Origin: the human T2T-CHM13v2.0 reference genome, Homo sapiens
Direction: 5' to 3' (one strand)
Length of the DNA: 64,000 bases
Assembly: GCF_009914755.1 (NCBI RefSeq)
Contig: NC_060932.1
Notes under the pieces: model-generated
Seen by the model: the letters and a program-made list of their open reading frames with translations, nothing else
What the model was told of the DNA's origin: nothing
The model's database searches: none
Made by a program: the position numbers and the translations under genes
Shown here: one piece after another, positions 15,318-45,772 of the stretch
Layout of the letters: each line of letters opens with the position of its first letter
How positions within the stretch are numbered: the stretch's first letter is position 1

Positions 15318-15355
15318 CTAGGTGTTATACTGGAACAAAGCAGTATAACACCTAG
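15318..15355. repeat. Perfect 15-bp inverted repeat with 8-nt loop
   Basis: CTAGGTGTTATACTG-gaacaaag-CAGTATAACACCTAG. Confidence 0.95.
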
Positions 15356-16223
15356 AGCTAAGCAGGAAAAGATACTGACTTGTGGAAAGTTCTAATAAGA
15401 AAATTAATGTGTTATACTTTTTACAAGCGTATGATTATCTTTGTAAGATTACCCAAATTTACCTATAATGCCAGGACAAGCTATTATTCACATTGCCTGT
15501 GACTGCTATTCTGATATATATAAAGGAGAAGACAGTATGTGCTACACAGCTGAAATGCATTAGCTTTTTAAAAGTGAAGGAAAAAAAAGTGAAGAAAAAG
15601 TTCAAAGAAGATTCTCTGCAGCCATCCTAGTTGGATGACAGAACAGCTGCTTTACCATCTCAATGTGTAACAAATATTTCCACTCCTTGATTGCTATGAA
15701 ACTCACTTTCAAAACAAAGTTGTCCCTTAAAAGGAGAATGGTGGAGGGGAATGATTCAAACATTCAGCATTCAAGCAAGAGGAGAAAATATATTAAGAGA
15801 TAAGAATGGTCATCGCAAGTCAATGAACCAAGGATATTTTAAACAAAATTATCTGTAAATGAAAAAAAAAAATTTATGTACCCAGGACTGGGGACTGGAG
15901 TAGAACAGTCATAATTCAGGTGAGTAAGAATCCAGTGCCTTTTAAAAATAGCTCATTTGCATTGGGGGAGCGGGGAGAAGTGAAAGAGGAAAGGATAACT
16001 TTAATCTGTTTATTGGAAAAACTAATTACTGTATGAACTTCAGACTATTTTATATTATGTGAAAGGTTAATTTGGTTTGAAAGCCTATTTTTTTGGTACT
16101 TCTCGGCTTACTTGGAGATTACGTGTCTCCAAACTACTAAAAAGAACTTTCTACTTCAGTCAGCAAAGTATGGATTTCTCAGTAACATAAAAACTGTTAA
16201 CTCTAAGAAAAATAACTTCTATT

Positions 16224-16525
16224 GGCTGGGCGCAGTGGCTCACACCTGTAATCCCAGCACTTTGGGAGGCCGAGGGGGCAGATCACCTGAGGTTGGGAGT
16301 TCAAGACCAGCCTGACCAACATGGAGAAACCTCATCTCTATTAAAAATACAAAATTAGCCGGGCGTGGTGGCACATGCCTGTAACCCCAGCTACTCGGGA
16401 GCTGAGGCAGGAGAATCTCTTGAACCCAGAAGGCAGAGGTGCGGTGAGCCAAGATGGCGCCACTGCACTCCAGCCTGGGCAACAAGAACAAAACTCCGTC
16501 AAAAAAAAGAAAAAGAAAAAGAATA
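16224..16525 (+). mobile_element. AluS-like element
   Basis: Full dimer, ggctgggcgcagtggctcac... to A-tail. Confidence 0.92.
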
Positions 16526-18019
16526 AGAACTTATATTTCTATTATAAATTCTAATTTAAAGAATTAATCCTTATATTTCTGGTTTTATCTTTCCCCATTT
16601 CTTATTCAAAAGCAGGTAAGAAGAAACTCTGAAGTATTCTTAGATGAAAGACTTCTCATAAATCCTTTCAACCATATAACCCAGCATTAGAGGGGCTAGA
16701 AAACCGATTATCTTTTTGAACTTTCTCCACTAGGGAGTAGTAAATAAGGAAAAAATAGGAATACCCTCTAATAATGGCATGAGAAAGTAGGAGAGAGGGT
16801 TGTACTTTAAAAAATGTGTACTTTTAAAAAAACTCATCTTCTAAAACACAATGTCCCCTGAAGTTGCATGAAAAACCTCAAGGTGGTTTAAAAACACTTG
16901 TAAAAAAGAAGAATCTTTCAATTACTAGTGAGATTGAATCTATCTGAACCAGAATTACTAGAGTCTTAAAAACACTGACACTTAAAAATAACTATGTTTG
17001 TCAATATTCCTAATTGGCTAATCTTAATTTTTGATGCATGTGGGAACTCACTATAGTAAGATAAAGGAGTTTCTGACACTCAAGGATTTTTTTTGTTTGT
17101 TTTTTAAGGCTTTTTTGTAAAGGCATGAAGAAGCGGCTTAGTGTTTGGTCCTAAAAGGCAAAAGAATGTAAGAAAGAATTAGGCCTGTTAATTAATGAGT
17201 CTATTTGGAAACCTTGTCAAATAATCTCAGAAACAATAGTTCTCAGAAGACTAGCTACATCAGAATTATCTGAGGGTATCTTAATGTAAACAAAACCAGC
17301 ATTCAAGTTTATTAGGTTCCTCAAAGGAGGGAGTACTTAACAAGGCTTTGGTGAAAGAGCTCCTAAGAAGAGAGGAGTTGTGTGTGTAGTAGAATTAATT
17401 TGAGGCAAATAGCACATGTAGAGGTAACAGATGGCAGACTAAGAAACTGAGTATATAATAATAAAGTACTACACTGAATATTTCATAAATAAAACTTTTC
17501 TTGTGTTAAGGATGTTTTTTAGGACAGATTCTCTGAAGTTTAATAACTAAGACAAATGTTTGCTCTTGAATTTTAAGCTTGCTAAATACTGCTAAACTGC
17601 TTCCTTAAAGGATTACACTAACTTGCTACATACCGCCAGCAAGTATGAAAACAATTTTATTCTACCCTTTACTCTCCCCTTCAGTATTGCATTTGTTTTA
17701 TAAAACTCTGCAGATTCAGAAACTGTTTCAAAATCTTAAACTGGTAATTATTTTACTGAGCTGCACTTTTTTGCCTATTTTGTTTTTTATCCTTAAGTAA
17801 CTTTCATAAACGGTTTATTTTTAATAAGCTATAAACATTTCAAAATTTTTTCAAACTTTATAACGATAGTGCTTTAAAGTTAAAGAAGCTGTACATTTTC
17901 ATATAATTGAATGTTTAATTTCTTTGTGATTCCTTTTAAATTCAGAAATTCTTCCTTTCTCCAGAGAGCTGATACCCAACATTGAAAAAAAACATTTTTT
18001 TGGTTATATTTTAAAAATA

Positions 18020-18655
18020 GGCCAGGCGCAGTGGCTCACGCCTGTAATCCCAGCACTTTGGGAGGCTGAGGCAGGCGATCACCCTGAGGTCAGGAGTTCG
18101 AGACCAGCCTGGCCAACATGGCAAAACCCGTCTCTACTAAAAATACAAAAATTGGCCGGGTGCGGAGGCTCATGCCTGTAATCCCAGCACTTTGGGAGGC
18201 CGAGGTGGGTGGATCACGAGGTCAGGAGATCAAGACCATCCTGGCTAACACAGTGAAACCCCGTCTCTACTAAAAATACAAAAAATTAGCCGAGCGAGGT
18301 GGCGGGCGCCTGTAGTCCCAGCTACGCGGGAGGCTGAGGCAGGAGAATGGTGTGAACCCTGGGAGGTGGAGCTTGCAGTGAGCCGAAGTTGCGAAACTGC
18401 ACTCCAGCCTGGGCGACAGCAAGACTCCGTCTCAAAATAAATAAATAAATAAACAAAAATAAAAATAAAAATACAAAAATCAGCTGGGCATGGTGGCGCG
18501 CCTGTAATCCCAGCTACTAGGGAGGCTGAGGGCAGGAGAATTGCTTGAACCCAGGAGGCAGAGGATGCAGTGAGCCTAGATCACGCCACTGCACTCCAGC
18601 CTGGGCAACAGAGCGAGACTTCATCTCAAAAAATAAATAAAAAATAAATAAATAC
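18020..18655 (+). mobile_element. Nested Alus: AluY-like element inserted in the A-rich linker of an AluS-like element
   Basis: Left arm ~18020-18153, complete second Alu ~18154-18470, orphan right arm ~18480-18655. The linker aaaaatacaaaaat is duplicated. Confidence 0.88.
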
Positions 18656-19008
18656 AAATACTGAACCCACAAGAAATATTTTATGCAGTGAAAATATTCC
18701 TTCTCCAAAGGATTACAGATTTTCCAAGATGATTACTTACTAAATAATCCTTCCCCTTATCACTGATTTGTAATGCCTTATCATATATTCAAATGTTATA
18801 TTCAACTGGGCCTAAATAAGAGGAACTGTATTTCAATGATCTGTTCTTCTATTAGTATTTTTAGTGTCCTGTCTGGTAGATTAATTCTCCATTACCTTTA
18901 TGGCTCAAAATTCAAACTTTGTTCTTCTCATCTACTATTTTTTTCCCAAACTTTTCAAACACCTATCTCCCTTCCCACCCCCACAATCATTCACTGGATT
19001 TGTAATGA

Positions 19009-22152
<3,144 letters not shown>

Positions 22153-23649
22153 CTAGATTTGTTGGGAGAAGTATAGCAATGTACAAACCTCCACAAAGAA
22201 CTGTTTTTACTGTAATAGAATACCATCAAAGATAGACCAGAAGATTCAGTTTCTAAACAATATTTAAGAGAAAAAATGGGAAAAATATATATTGGCATTT
22301 CTACTATAATTGGCCTTTCTGCTGAACATATGCCCTGACTAGAACAATATATGAGAAACATATGGCAGCTCCGCAAGGGAGCTACCGCAGATAAAGTGAT
22401 GCCAACAACACTGAAGATATATTATGGAAGAGACTTTTCCTGAAATTTGTTGCATACTGCCTAGACAAAAGAAAATGTTACCCTCTACAAAGACTTGGAA
22501 ACATCAAATTTATATTAAAGCTATATTAAAGTTTATAGATACTATGATAGATATCCTTATCCTTTAGTCTCCTTTATGCCTTTCGGAATCATTCCAATAA
22601 CTTGATTATTTTCCTATCATTAAATATTGTATAGTGTATATGCAGGATTTATTTTCAGACTTAAATCTGCTTAGCTAAGCTAATGAAAATGAGAGATTAA
22701 GGGAATCCTCTCCTCTACCTGAGGCTAATGAAAATAAGTGAATTTGGTATGACATCATTTAAGGAAAGTCTAACCAGAAAGCAATCGTGAGTAGGACTCT
22801 GTGATAGCAGGAAGGAAAACAGTTAGTCCATTTGGCACTTCTAAAACTCATATATGTAACTATCAGTCTAGTTGAGCCTCACAATGCTCTTATGTGTTAA
22901 TATTAGTAATTTCATTTAACAAAAAGAAACATTAGAGCATAAGACAGTCAAGACATTTAGGTATTCCAAGTCAATCTGTGGACACAATTTGAGAAAATTC
23001 CTAAAAAATGAATATTATGAAATTAGATGCCTGACTACTTCAAGGAAGGGATGATTCTACAAAGTTAAATCTATGTTCATATGGAATTGGTACTACTAGA
23101 GCAGATACTTTCACAAACTCATTTTATGTATATGTTGATTAGAACCCAAGAATCATCAGAAAAGTCTTCAAAAAATACATATTTAGAAAAAAGAAATACT
23201 CAATTCTATTTGCTTAAATCATTTATCTCCCTGACAAATGATCAGGGAGATACAGTTCTTGGAAAAGAAACTATACAAAAGAAGTCTTACGAAATTGTTT
23301 TAGGAATGGGATACAAACTGAAAAGTTTGAACAATGTAAATATATTACAAAGGCATGCAAATAAAGTGGAATTTACTGAAAGTCCTGTGATCTCAATATC
23401 AGAAATTATCTTTAATCCACTACAATCTAATGACATACTGGATTTAAATACCTTCAGTTTATGGAACCACTCCTGACTGTGTAAAAGGAAATTGGAATAG
23501 AAGAATTATGACTAAAGTCCCAAACACCTAAAGTAAAATATTTAATAGTAGTAGAATTAACAAAGTAAAGCCCATAGAACCATGTCCACTACGGAATAAA
23601 ATTTACCCGTTTTAATAATAATAAAACGTGTAGATGGGTATTTAAAATA

Positions 23650-33225
<9,576 letters not shown>

Positions 33226-33539
33226 TGATGGAGATGGGCCATCCCTCCTAATACCTATGATAGAAACGTCAAACTTCTTTCACACTGCAAGACCCTTTTT
33301 GATGAGCCCCAAAATAACCTTCCACTCTCATCTCCTGCTGTAATCCCCCATGTATCGACACATAAAACTACAAGAGCCCATGCTCACAAATGTAAGGAGG
33401 CCAAGTCCTTTCACACCTTGCCCTATACTTTTCACATAAACTCTTTTTGTCCTTTAAGGCCCAGTTCTACCAGTTCAAATAGGTTTTTCTTTGCCCCCTT
33501 AGAATATTCTAAATTGGTTGCTTTCCCTTTTACCCCCAA

Positions 33540-34810
33540 AGCATACAATTCACACTTCAGTTGTCTGTACAGTTGCATATGCCAAAAATCATGGAGTCTT
33601 CCTTGACTCCTCCCCTCCTTCAATCATACTCCAAATTAATCCATTAGCAAATCCTGTTGATTTCAACCTTTAAAACAGGTCCAAAACATGACCACCTTCC
33701 AAAACGTCCACTGCTACCCTTCTGGTGCAAGTCACCATCATCTCTCACCTGGGTTACTTTAACGGCCTATCTGATCTCCCTGCACCTTTATGCCCTGAAC
33801 GGTTTATATGCCACACAACAGCCAGACTGTTCCTTTTAACTTTAAATAGGACTATATCGTTCCTCTGCTCAAAACCTTCCAAAGGCTTCCCCATCTCACT
33901 AAGAGTAAAAAGTCAAAATTCTTACAAGGGGCTATAAATGTCCTATATAATCTGTGATGACCGCTCCAGCCCAAATGATCTCTCTGACTAATACAGTTTG
34001 GATGTTTGTCCCCTCCAAATCTCATGTTGAAATGTAACCCCCAATGTTGGAGGTGGGGCCTGGTGGGAGGTGTGTGGGTCACTCTGGGTGTGTGCTCTCA
34101 TGAATGGCTTGGTGATGTCCTCGACAGTGAATGAGTTCTCTTGAGATCTGGTTGTTTCAAAATGTGTGGCACCTCGCCACTGACTCTTGTTCCCACTCTC
34201 GCCATGTGAGACACTGCTCCCTCTTCACCTTCTGCCATGATGGTAAGCGTCCTGAGGCCAACACCAGAAGCAGATGGTGGCACTATGCTTCTTGTACAGC
34301 CTGCAGAACTGTGAGCCAATTAAACCTCTTTTCTTTATAAATTACCCAGCCTCAGGTCTTTATAGCAGTACAAAAATGGCCTAATACACTGACCTAAGCC
34401 TTACACTCCCCTTCCTGTTTATACACCACTCCAGGGACCCGTCCTACATATTCCAGATTTAGAGCCTTTGCATTTTGTCTTCATCTGTTCTTTCTCTCAA
34501 CCCTTTCAAATGGCTTACTCCTGCACATCTTTCAGATCTCTCCTCCAATGTCACCTTCTCAGTGAAATCTTTCCCAGTGACTCTATCCAATATTTCAACA
34601 CCCTCATCTCCCCTTCTGTACTTTTCCCTCACCATCTTCCATACTATATGTATTCTACTCGTTGCTTACTGTCTCTCCCCACAAGAATGCAAACTCCATA
34701 TAAGCAGGGTTTTTGTTGCTGTTGCAGTTTTGGTCATCATTGAATCACCAGCACCCAGCACAGTGTCTGTCCCATGACACATCCTCAAGAAATACGGAAT
34801 GAATATTTAC
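33540..34810 (+). mobile_element. L2 LINE 3' remnant, interrupted by an MST LTR
   Basis: L2-like motifs (ggagtcttccttgactcctc; caccatcatctctcacctgg; ccaatgtcaccttctcagtga) and a gaatgaat end. Confidence 0.7.
33989..34388 (+). mobile_element. MaLR solo LTR (MST family)
   Basis: taatacagtttggatgtttgtcccctccaaatctcatg...ggcctaataca, with perfect 5-bp TSD ctgac (33984-33988 and 34389-34393). Confidence 0.88.
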
Positions 34811-35969
34811 CTATCCAAATACTAAACAGATTATAAACTGTTTAAAGGCAGGCCCAATGCCTTTTAAAACTCTGTACTCTCTCCCCTCTCTCAAGAAACA
34901 GTATTTGATACATAATTCATGCCCAATACATGTTGAATTAACCAACCATTTACCTGTATCCTAGCATAAAAAAGCAGAATATGTACATAGAAAGCTATTT
35001 TCTGTATGGCTGACAGTAAGTGTACATTAGCGGCAAGCAGTGATGAAAAGATGCCTCATCTCTGTTTCCATATTAACAGACAAATTGTTTGTTGTTATTC
35101 TTTCTTTTAAGGCAAATGACTGAGCCAAACATATTTTAGAGAGGTAACTTTTTCATTATAAGGCAGGACACAACATGAGACATAAAATATAACTGGCAGG
35201 AAGAAAAACACAACAAACCATAATGGTGTGTGACAGTCTTACTGATCTCATTTACAGGTACAAAAGCAGTAATTTCACAATGAGATTCATCTATTCTAGA
35301 AATATTTTCCAAATTCTACTCTTGTAACTAGTGATAAACTCAGTACTGTTCATTGCATAGAAAGATGAAAGACTTTTCTTTCTTTTTTTTATTAGAGATG
35401 GGGTTGCCCTACGTTGCCCAGGCTGGTCCCAAAACTCCTGGGCTGCCTTGGCCTCTCAAAGTGCTTGGATTACAGGCATGAGTACCATGCCCAGCCAGAA
35501 AGATGAAAGACTAATTTAGGTAACAAGTGCTAATGCTACAGAGTTTCATCAAATAAAATTTTGGGGGAATTTTACTGCCCTAGAGGACTGGTTCTAGCCA
35601 CTTTCCCAGGGCAGTGGATCTCTGCAAAGTTTCAGTTATTGGAAAAATCTTGAAGTCTATAAGCACATCAAGCATTGATGTTTGACCCATTATAATTATG
35701 TTAAAACTATATAGATTATGTATAAATACATTTTAAAAAATTTTAACGTATTACTGGCCTCAGAGTAGTTCTGCCATTTTCCCAATCAATGGATATTAGA
35801 ATATACAACCTCTATGCCATGTGAGGGACTACAGAATTAACTGATATTAAAAAGGAATCCTCACTGGGCGTGCCTATGATCCCAGTACTTTGACAGGCCG
35901 AGGCGAGCAGATCACTTTAGGACAGGAGTTCAAGACCAGCTGGACCAACATGGTGAAACCTTGTTTCTA

Positions 35970-36230
<261 letters not shown>

Positions 36231-36884
36231 CTACTCTGGAGGCTGAGGTGGAAGGATCACTTGAGCCCAGGAGTTGGAGGCTGCAGTGAGCTATGATTAC
36301 ACCACAGCATAGGTAGATGACAAAGGGAGACTCTGTCTCCGCACCCCCACCCCACCAAAAAGTAAATTAAAAAAGGAATCCTTATATTTCAAAAAGAGTG
36401 AGAATAACTGACCTAGAGCTTTCAAAGGTACCATTCATTCCACATATAATCTTTCACTTTCAGAGAGAAAATTACTACATAGATAAATAGGCATTTTTTC
36501 CACACCGGTACTCGCATCTAATTGGCAGTATGGCAAAGGAGGAAAGGAAAGACTTGGGTTTGGGTCTTGACTGTCCTATAAACTAGGTATTAAAACGTGA
36601 ACAAGGCACTTCACTTCTACAAGTTTCAATTTCTTCACATATAAAATGAGGATGAATCTACCTCCCCTAACCACTTCATTAAAAGATGTTAGAAAACAAA
36701 ATCAGAATGGAAGTTAAATTATGAAGTACTATATAGAAATATTACCATACAGAATGCATGCAGGTGCAGAAAAAGTTAAGTTTGGATGTGACTATACAGG
36801 GACTTGAATGCCAGGCTAAAAACTTGATTCCATAGGAAATAAACATTAAGAGGTTTTACTGTCAGGGGGTGAGGAATTCTGGGG

Positions 36885-36990
36885 ATGGTGGAGTGAGACA
36901 GAGTGTGTGTGTGGTGGGGGGGTGGAGTGGGGTGTGGGAGTGTGTGTGTGTGGGGGGGGGGGGATGTGTGTGCATGTCCATGTGTGTGGT
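36885..36990 (+). repeat. GT/G-rich low-complexity microsatellite
   Basis: (GT)n mixed with several G-runs, the longest 12 nt. Confidence 0.85.
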
Positions 36991-37109
36991 ATGTAACCAG
37001 TGAGATAACTGTGCCTTCAAACAAATCTATTGGCACCGTGAAAGGATGTAGGAATTCAAAGAACTAAAGGCTACTGTAATGGTTCAAATAAAAGATAAAA
37101 ACCTGGACT

Positions 37110-38229
<1,120 letters not shown>

Positions 38230-39942
38230 TTAAGAAAAGAATGGGCTACCTTTCAAATGTAGGAGGGAGGAGTGTGGAAAAGAGAAAAACTGAGCACAAA
38301 AATAGACAGGTGGACAGTAACCCAGGATAAAGAAAAACAAAATGTTCTTTGTTATTGGAAAGATCAAGTTTAGTTGTGTTAAATTTGAGATGTCTGGAGG
38401 TACTCAAGTATTTCAACAAGGGTGTGAAATTAAGCCTTAAAAAAAGAAGTGTTCCCAGAGCTGTAGATCTGGGAGTTAGCTGCTTAAGGTGACTGAAGGT
38501 GAAAGAAGAGTGAGAAGAGTAACACAGTGCTGAATAAAGAACCTGGATAACACCAATGTTAGAAGAACAGACAAATAAAATCAGGGAAGGAGGATAAAAT
38601 GAATTTGAAATAGGACAATAGGGAGAATTTATTACAAATGCTGTAACTTACAGAAATATTAAAGAAGAAATTCAACATAATGTTTAAGTTTGATATTTGA
38701 TTTAGAATTAAATATTAAGGAAAGAGTTTAGAGAACACATTTTTGACTTGGTTTCATGCTTACAGAAATATTATTTTCCTCTGGTGAAAAATCTGTAAGC
38801 TCCCAGAGTAAGCCTTCCCCCAATATCTCCCTAGTCAAAAGCTTTTGAATTGGTGTGAAATATTCTTCCTTCCCATACCATCATTGAACTTAGTTGAAGG
38901 TAGACAAATAGGCTGATGATGAAAACAGACTGAGATCCTGTTGTCTCCACACATTTACAGTCAGAAATGATGCTGGCCAGCCAGAAAGCAACAAAAGTGA
39001 TGACAATCTTCTGGAGAGAAGATGTTTGTTCTTTTTATTATAGTCTACAAATGCTTATTGTAGACATCTAGAGGTCACAATAGCACATACCCTTTCACTT
39101 TAACTTTTATGAAAATGATAAAAATAAGTCCTAAAAGTCTTGGTAGTTTTCTGCTCATATGAAAATTTTAGAACTTAAGGAGTCAGTATCCATTTAAATC
39201 TATGCTTTAAAACAATTATCTCTTTACTTATAGCATGATACAATAACTGACTTTATCTCTTCTCTTACATAACTAAGAAAAGATTAAGCTGTGTTTGGTA
39301 TATTGTTTAAAGTGACAATGAAATATGATTTTCCTCCAAATAGTACATTTCAGCACCCAACAAGCAAAATTTTCAGTATCTGGGAAATATTTCAGGTATT
39401 TGGTTGTATTTTCCAGAATAGCTCATTTGCTAGCAACACTAGAGAGAGCTGGCATCATGTCTTACCATTTTAGCCAACGGATCTCACAAGCCTCAAATTT
39501 TAAAAATGAAGTGCTTTGTTATAATTCTCTGAAGAATAAGTAATTATAGTAACTCATTTACTTATCTTACCAAGCCAGAAACCTGGAAGTCATCCTAGAG
39601 TCTTCCTTTCTCTAACCTGATTAATCATTTACTATAGTTAAATAGCTCTCAAAAAACATTTCTCTACCACCATTATCCCTTGTCTAAGTATTAAGCTATT
39701 AACTAAACTCACTGGGCATCAAATTATAATAATCAGACTTTGTGCTGATGTTTAGATATTTAACATCTGATGATGTACTCTGCCCTTCCTGTACTAAAAG
39801 GCTGCAAGGACAGCATGTCAATGCAAAATCATAGTACTCCTTCCAACAGAGAACTTTTCTCTTCACCATGTGATTCTACCATCTGACCTAGGAGAAGTGC
39901 CTCCAGTTATTCCAAAATGTCAACTTCTCCGATGGCCTAGAG

Positions 39943-40270
39943 CAGTGGTCCCCAATCTTTTTGACACAAGGGACCGGTGTGATGGAAGACAATTTTTCCA
40001 TGGATGGGGTTGGGGATTGGATGATGGTTTTGGGATGGAACTGTTCCATCTCAGATCATCAGGCATTAGATTCTCATAAAGAGCGTGCTATCTAGATCCC
40101 TCACATGTGCAGTTCACAATAAGGCTCGTACTCCTATGAGAATCTAATGCCATCGCTGATCTGACAGGAGGCAGAGCTCAGGCAGTAATGCTGCTCACCT
40201 CCTGTGTGGCCCGACTCCTAACAGGCCATGGACCAGTACTAGTCCACAGCATGGGGGTTGGGGACCCCTG
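39943..40270. mobile_element. MER1 (hAT-Charlie) non-autonomous DNA transposon
   Basis: TIRs cagtggtccccaa...ttggggacccctg and perfect 8-bp TSD gcctagag (39935-39942 and 40271-40278). Confidence 0.9.
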
Positions 40271-40539
40271 GCCTAGAGGCCTGGTTAGATTTCTATTCCC
40301 TTTTCTGTTAGCATTTATGGATAAGCAACAAATGAAACAATTTTAGAAGCAAAATGCAGTAAAGCCCTAATCCCAATAAAGTGTAATGTTCATATCTTGA
40401 TTATATGACAAATAAGATAATGAAATAACAAATCCATCTACATACGTATAACTGATTTATATGTTTTTACTGAGTCAAACATCTCTGGCATTTAGCTATC
40501 TAAAAATACAAAAAAAAAAATTTAAAGCAAGGCAATTAC

Positions 40540-40642
40540 CTGAGGAGAGTCAAAAGGATATCGACTACTAAATTTAAATAGAAGTTGAAATTTTTCCCCT
40601 TCATATAAGGTACCTGGTGCACCTTCCATGTCTACAATCCAC
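40540..40642 (-). CDS. UBE2W: UBE2W coding exon 3 (103 bp; G + WIVDMEGAPGTLYEGEKFQLLFKFSSRYPFDSPQ)
   Basis: ttctag|G TGG ATT GTA... CCT CAG|gtaatt. Contains UBC-fold motifs GAPGTLYEG and YPFDSP. Frame is consistent with exons 2 and 4. Confidence 0.97.
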
Positions 40643-40914
40643 CTAGAATAGAAAAGGCAAATTAAAAACTTAAGATAATAGAGACTGGGGTAAGGAGGAG
40701 AAAAGAGGACACCAAGTACTTCCTATACACTAAGCACTAGGACAAGAGTTGGTTATGTGTAACAGCACATGCCAGCCTCCCAATAACTCTCTTACTGTTA
40801 ATTCTCATGACCTATCCCCTTCTCTGACACTCAGCGGTGAAATAACCAGATCAAGGTCAGACAGCTAGCAAAAGACAGAGCCAGGTCTAAAAAAGCAAAC
40901 TAAATAAAACCCAA

Positions 40915-43237
<2,323 letters not shown>

Positions 43238-44029
43238 TAATAAGTTTGTATTAGTTAAAAAAGTTAAGATATGTTCATTGTAGAAACTTCAGAAAAGTAT
43301 AAACAAAAATCACCCAGTGATAACCACTGTTAAAGTTTTTGGGGGTATATTTCATTCTAGTCATTTTGCTGTTTCCTATACCATCGAAGCCTATATGAAA
43401 TGGCAGCCCAGTAGCTGCATTTTGTGCACACTTAAATTACATCAATTTAAACCATCAGGGTTTATGATTCCAATCACAAGCATATGCCCCAGAGTAAGGA
43501 TGCAATGAGACTACACGTGTTGTTCTCTCAATTAGTCTCAGTTCTTTAACACCCGTGAGTACCTAGTACTCTGTAATTCTAATGTTTAAGCATTAGAATT
43601 TTTTTTATTTCTTCACACATCATGGTTCTTAATCAAAGACACAACCATCTATTCCACTCTGGAGGAAAAACTGGCTTTGGTGGATTTATTAAAAGAGGAT
43701 ACATACCAGTAAGGTCTTCCTAAAGGATTTTTCAAAGGTAATTATAACTATACAAAATTTTTACCTTACATGCTGACTACAGACTATAATTCAAGTGATG
43801 CCATTTCACTGCACTGCCTTGACAAACCTTTTCCATATTATTGACATTTACACTATTCCCAAATTATCCCTAGAATTAGCAATGTCGAAATGAGTATAGT
43901 TAGTTCTAAGTCTTTTTCTAGATCTGTTACTTTCCTAGGATGGTGTATGGTAGGTCAAACATGATAGTATTCATATTTTTTAAGGTCTCAATATATGCTA
44001 CCAAATTTCTTCCAGAAAATTAAAAAAAT

Positions 44030-44278
44030 TGTTTTTGTGGGTACAAAGTAGGTGTATATATCTTTGGGGCACATGAGATATTTTGATACAAGCACACAAT
44101 GCATAATAATCACACCAGGGTAAATGGGGTATCCATCACCTCAAGCAGTTATCCTTTCTGTTACAATCCAATTATACTTTTAGTTATGTGAAAATGCACA
44201 ATAAATTATTGTTGACTATAGTCACCCTGTTGTGCTCTCAAATACTAGATCTTCTTCATTCTATTTTTTGTACCCATC
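44030..44278 (-). mobile_element. L1MA-like 3'-end fragment
   Basis: gtgggtacaaagtaggtgtatat...ggggtatccatcacctcaagca...ttgactatagtcaccctgttgtgct resembles the reverse strand of an L1MA 3'UTR. Confidence 0.75.
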
Positions 44279-45772
44279 AGAAAGCTTCTTAATGTGCTTT
44301 CATCATCCTCGTTATGGATCTTCCACATCCATATCCACATTTCATATACTCTTAACAATCTGATTCTTTATAAGACTATTTTATAGCCTAGAAGATGGCA
44401 CAAAGGTAAAAATTTTATGGTTCATTTACAATAAATTATTTTAAAAGAAAAATTCTTGCCTGACCAATATCTCGATATAATAGGATTTACTCTACAACAA
44501 AGGTATTGTTGCTTTGGCTGTTATAATTTGTGGTATAACTACCTGGTAATCTATTAAAATGTTTCTATTTGTAAAAATTTAAAACAGTCCTTTAACTTTT
44601 TATAAATTATTGTGTTGTGTGGTTTCCCCATCCTCCCAAAAAAATAAACGATGAAAGAAGAAGTAATCTCATTATTATCACTTTCCTTGAGAACTATAGG
44701 GACAGCTGTTACAGGATACTCTGAGGTAGGTTAAGAAAAGGAGAGAGGAAAAAGATTAAAATGGGATATAATCTGCATCAGGATGAAAAAAGAGTCAGTT
44801 TCATTTGTTTAATAATATGCAACAAATGCCACTCTAAATGTATGCTCCATTTTTGGTTGTTTTAGAACAAGAGTTTAATATTTTCTATGTATGATATATA
44901 CAAAAAATCAGTTTAGAACTCAACAATATTTTTAAGTGATTGTTACAGAGTTAAAGATGTGTATTACATTTTTTTTTTTTCCAAAAGAGTCTATACATCC
45001 ATTCGTAATATGCTTGTTCTTAAAGCTTTGACCCCTGTCTTAGGTACTGATACAAATGCCAAAGTCAAAGGTACCCAAAACTGTTTCCTCTGAAAGGGTA
45101 AGTTATATGAATTTTGGTCACTTTCACTCCCTGGACCTAGACTACACTAAATATTTGAATTGGCTCATTTGTCCTACAAGTTGGTTTACAATCAATTTTT
45201 ATCTTATTGGCCACTTTTCCTTTTCTTTTTAGAGGTTTTTTTTAAGTGGAGGATAAATTATTTTAGATTTCTCCATGATTTCAGAACATTTACCACTGTC
45301 TAATAAAATTATTAAATGACTGCTGAGAGTCACACTTTCACTTTGTTGCCCTTCTGTACAGGACGCAATTGATGTTTTTAGGGCATGGGATACCTTTTGA
45401 CTATTACTCTCTTCATATGCCTAAATAGATACATATTTTTAATTTGATAAAACCTCACACCAAACAGTTCTTTAATATTATAGATGAGAATCACTTCATA
45501 AACAAAGTCAGTGCTACTCAGTTAAACAAAATTTTTTAAAAATGTACCAAAGATAGTTTAAAAACAGCTTTACAAATTATGCAACAATGTTTATAATGCC
45601 GTAAAACAAAATTGATTATATATATAAATGCACAGAATAAGATCTGTTTACTCTATTTACCTCTTGGTGAAAGAATGAAATGTGAAAATAATTTTGTAGT
45701 TTTAAAAAGCGGGTGAACATTCATACATTATTGGTAATAAAACAAAGAGCCCTTTTAAAATTAAATACTTAC

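Noticed and set aside
23081-23476. 131-aa plus-strand ORF in intron 4 (and the 122-aa ORF at 5745..6113)
   Set aside because: No recognisable domain or splice/promoter context, and AT-rich composition consistent with chance.
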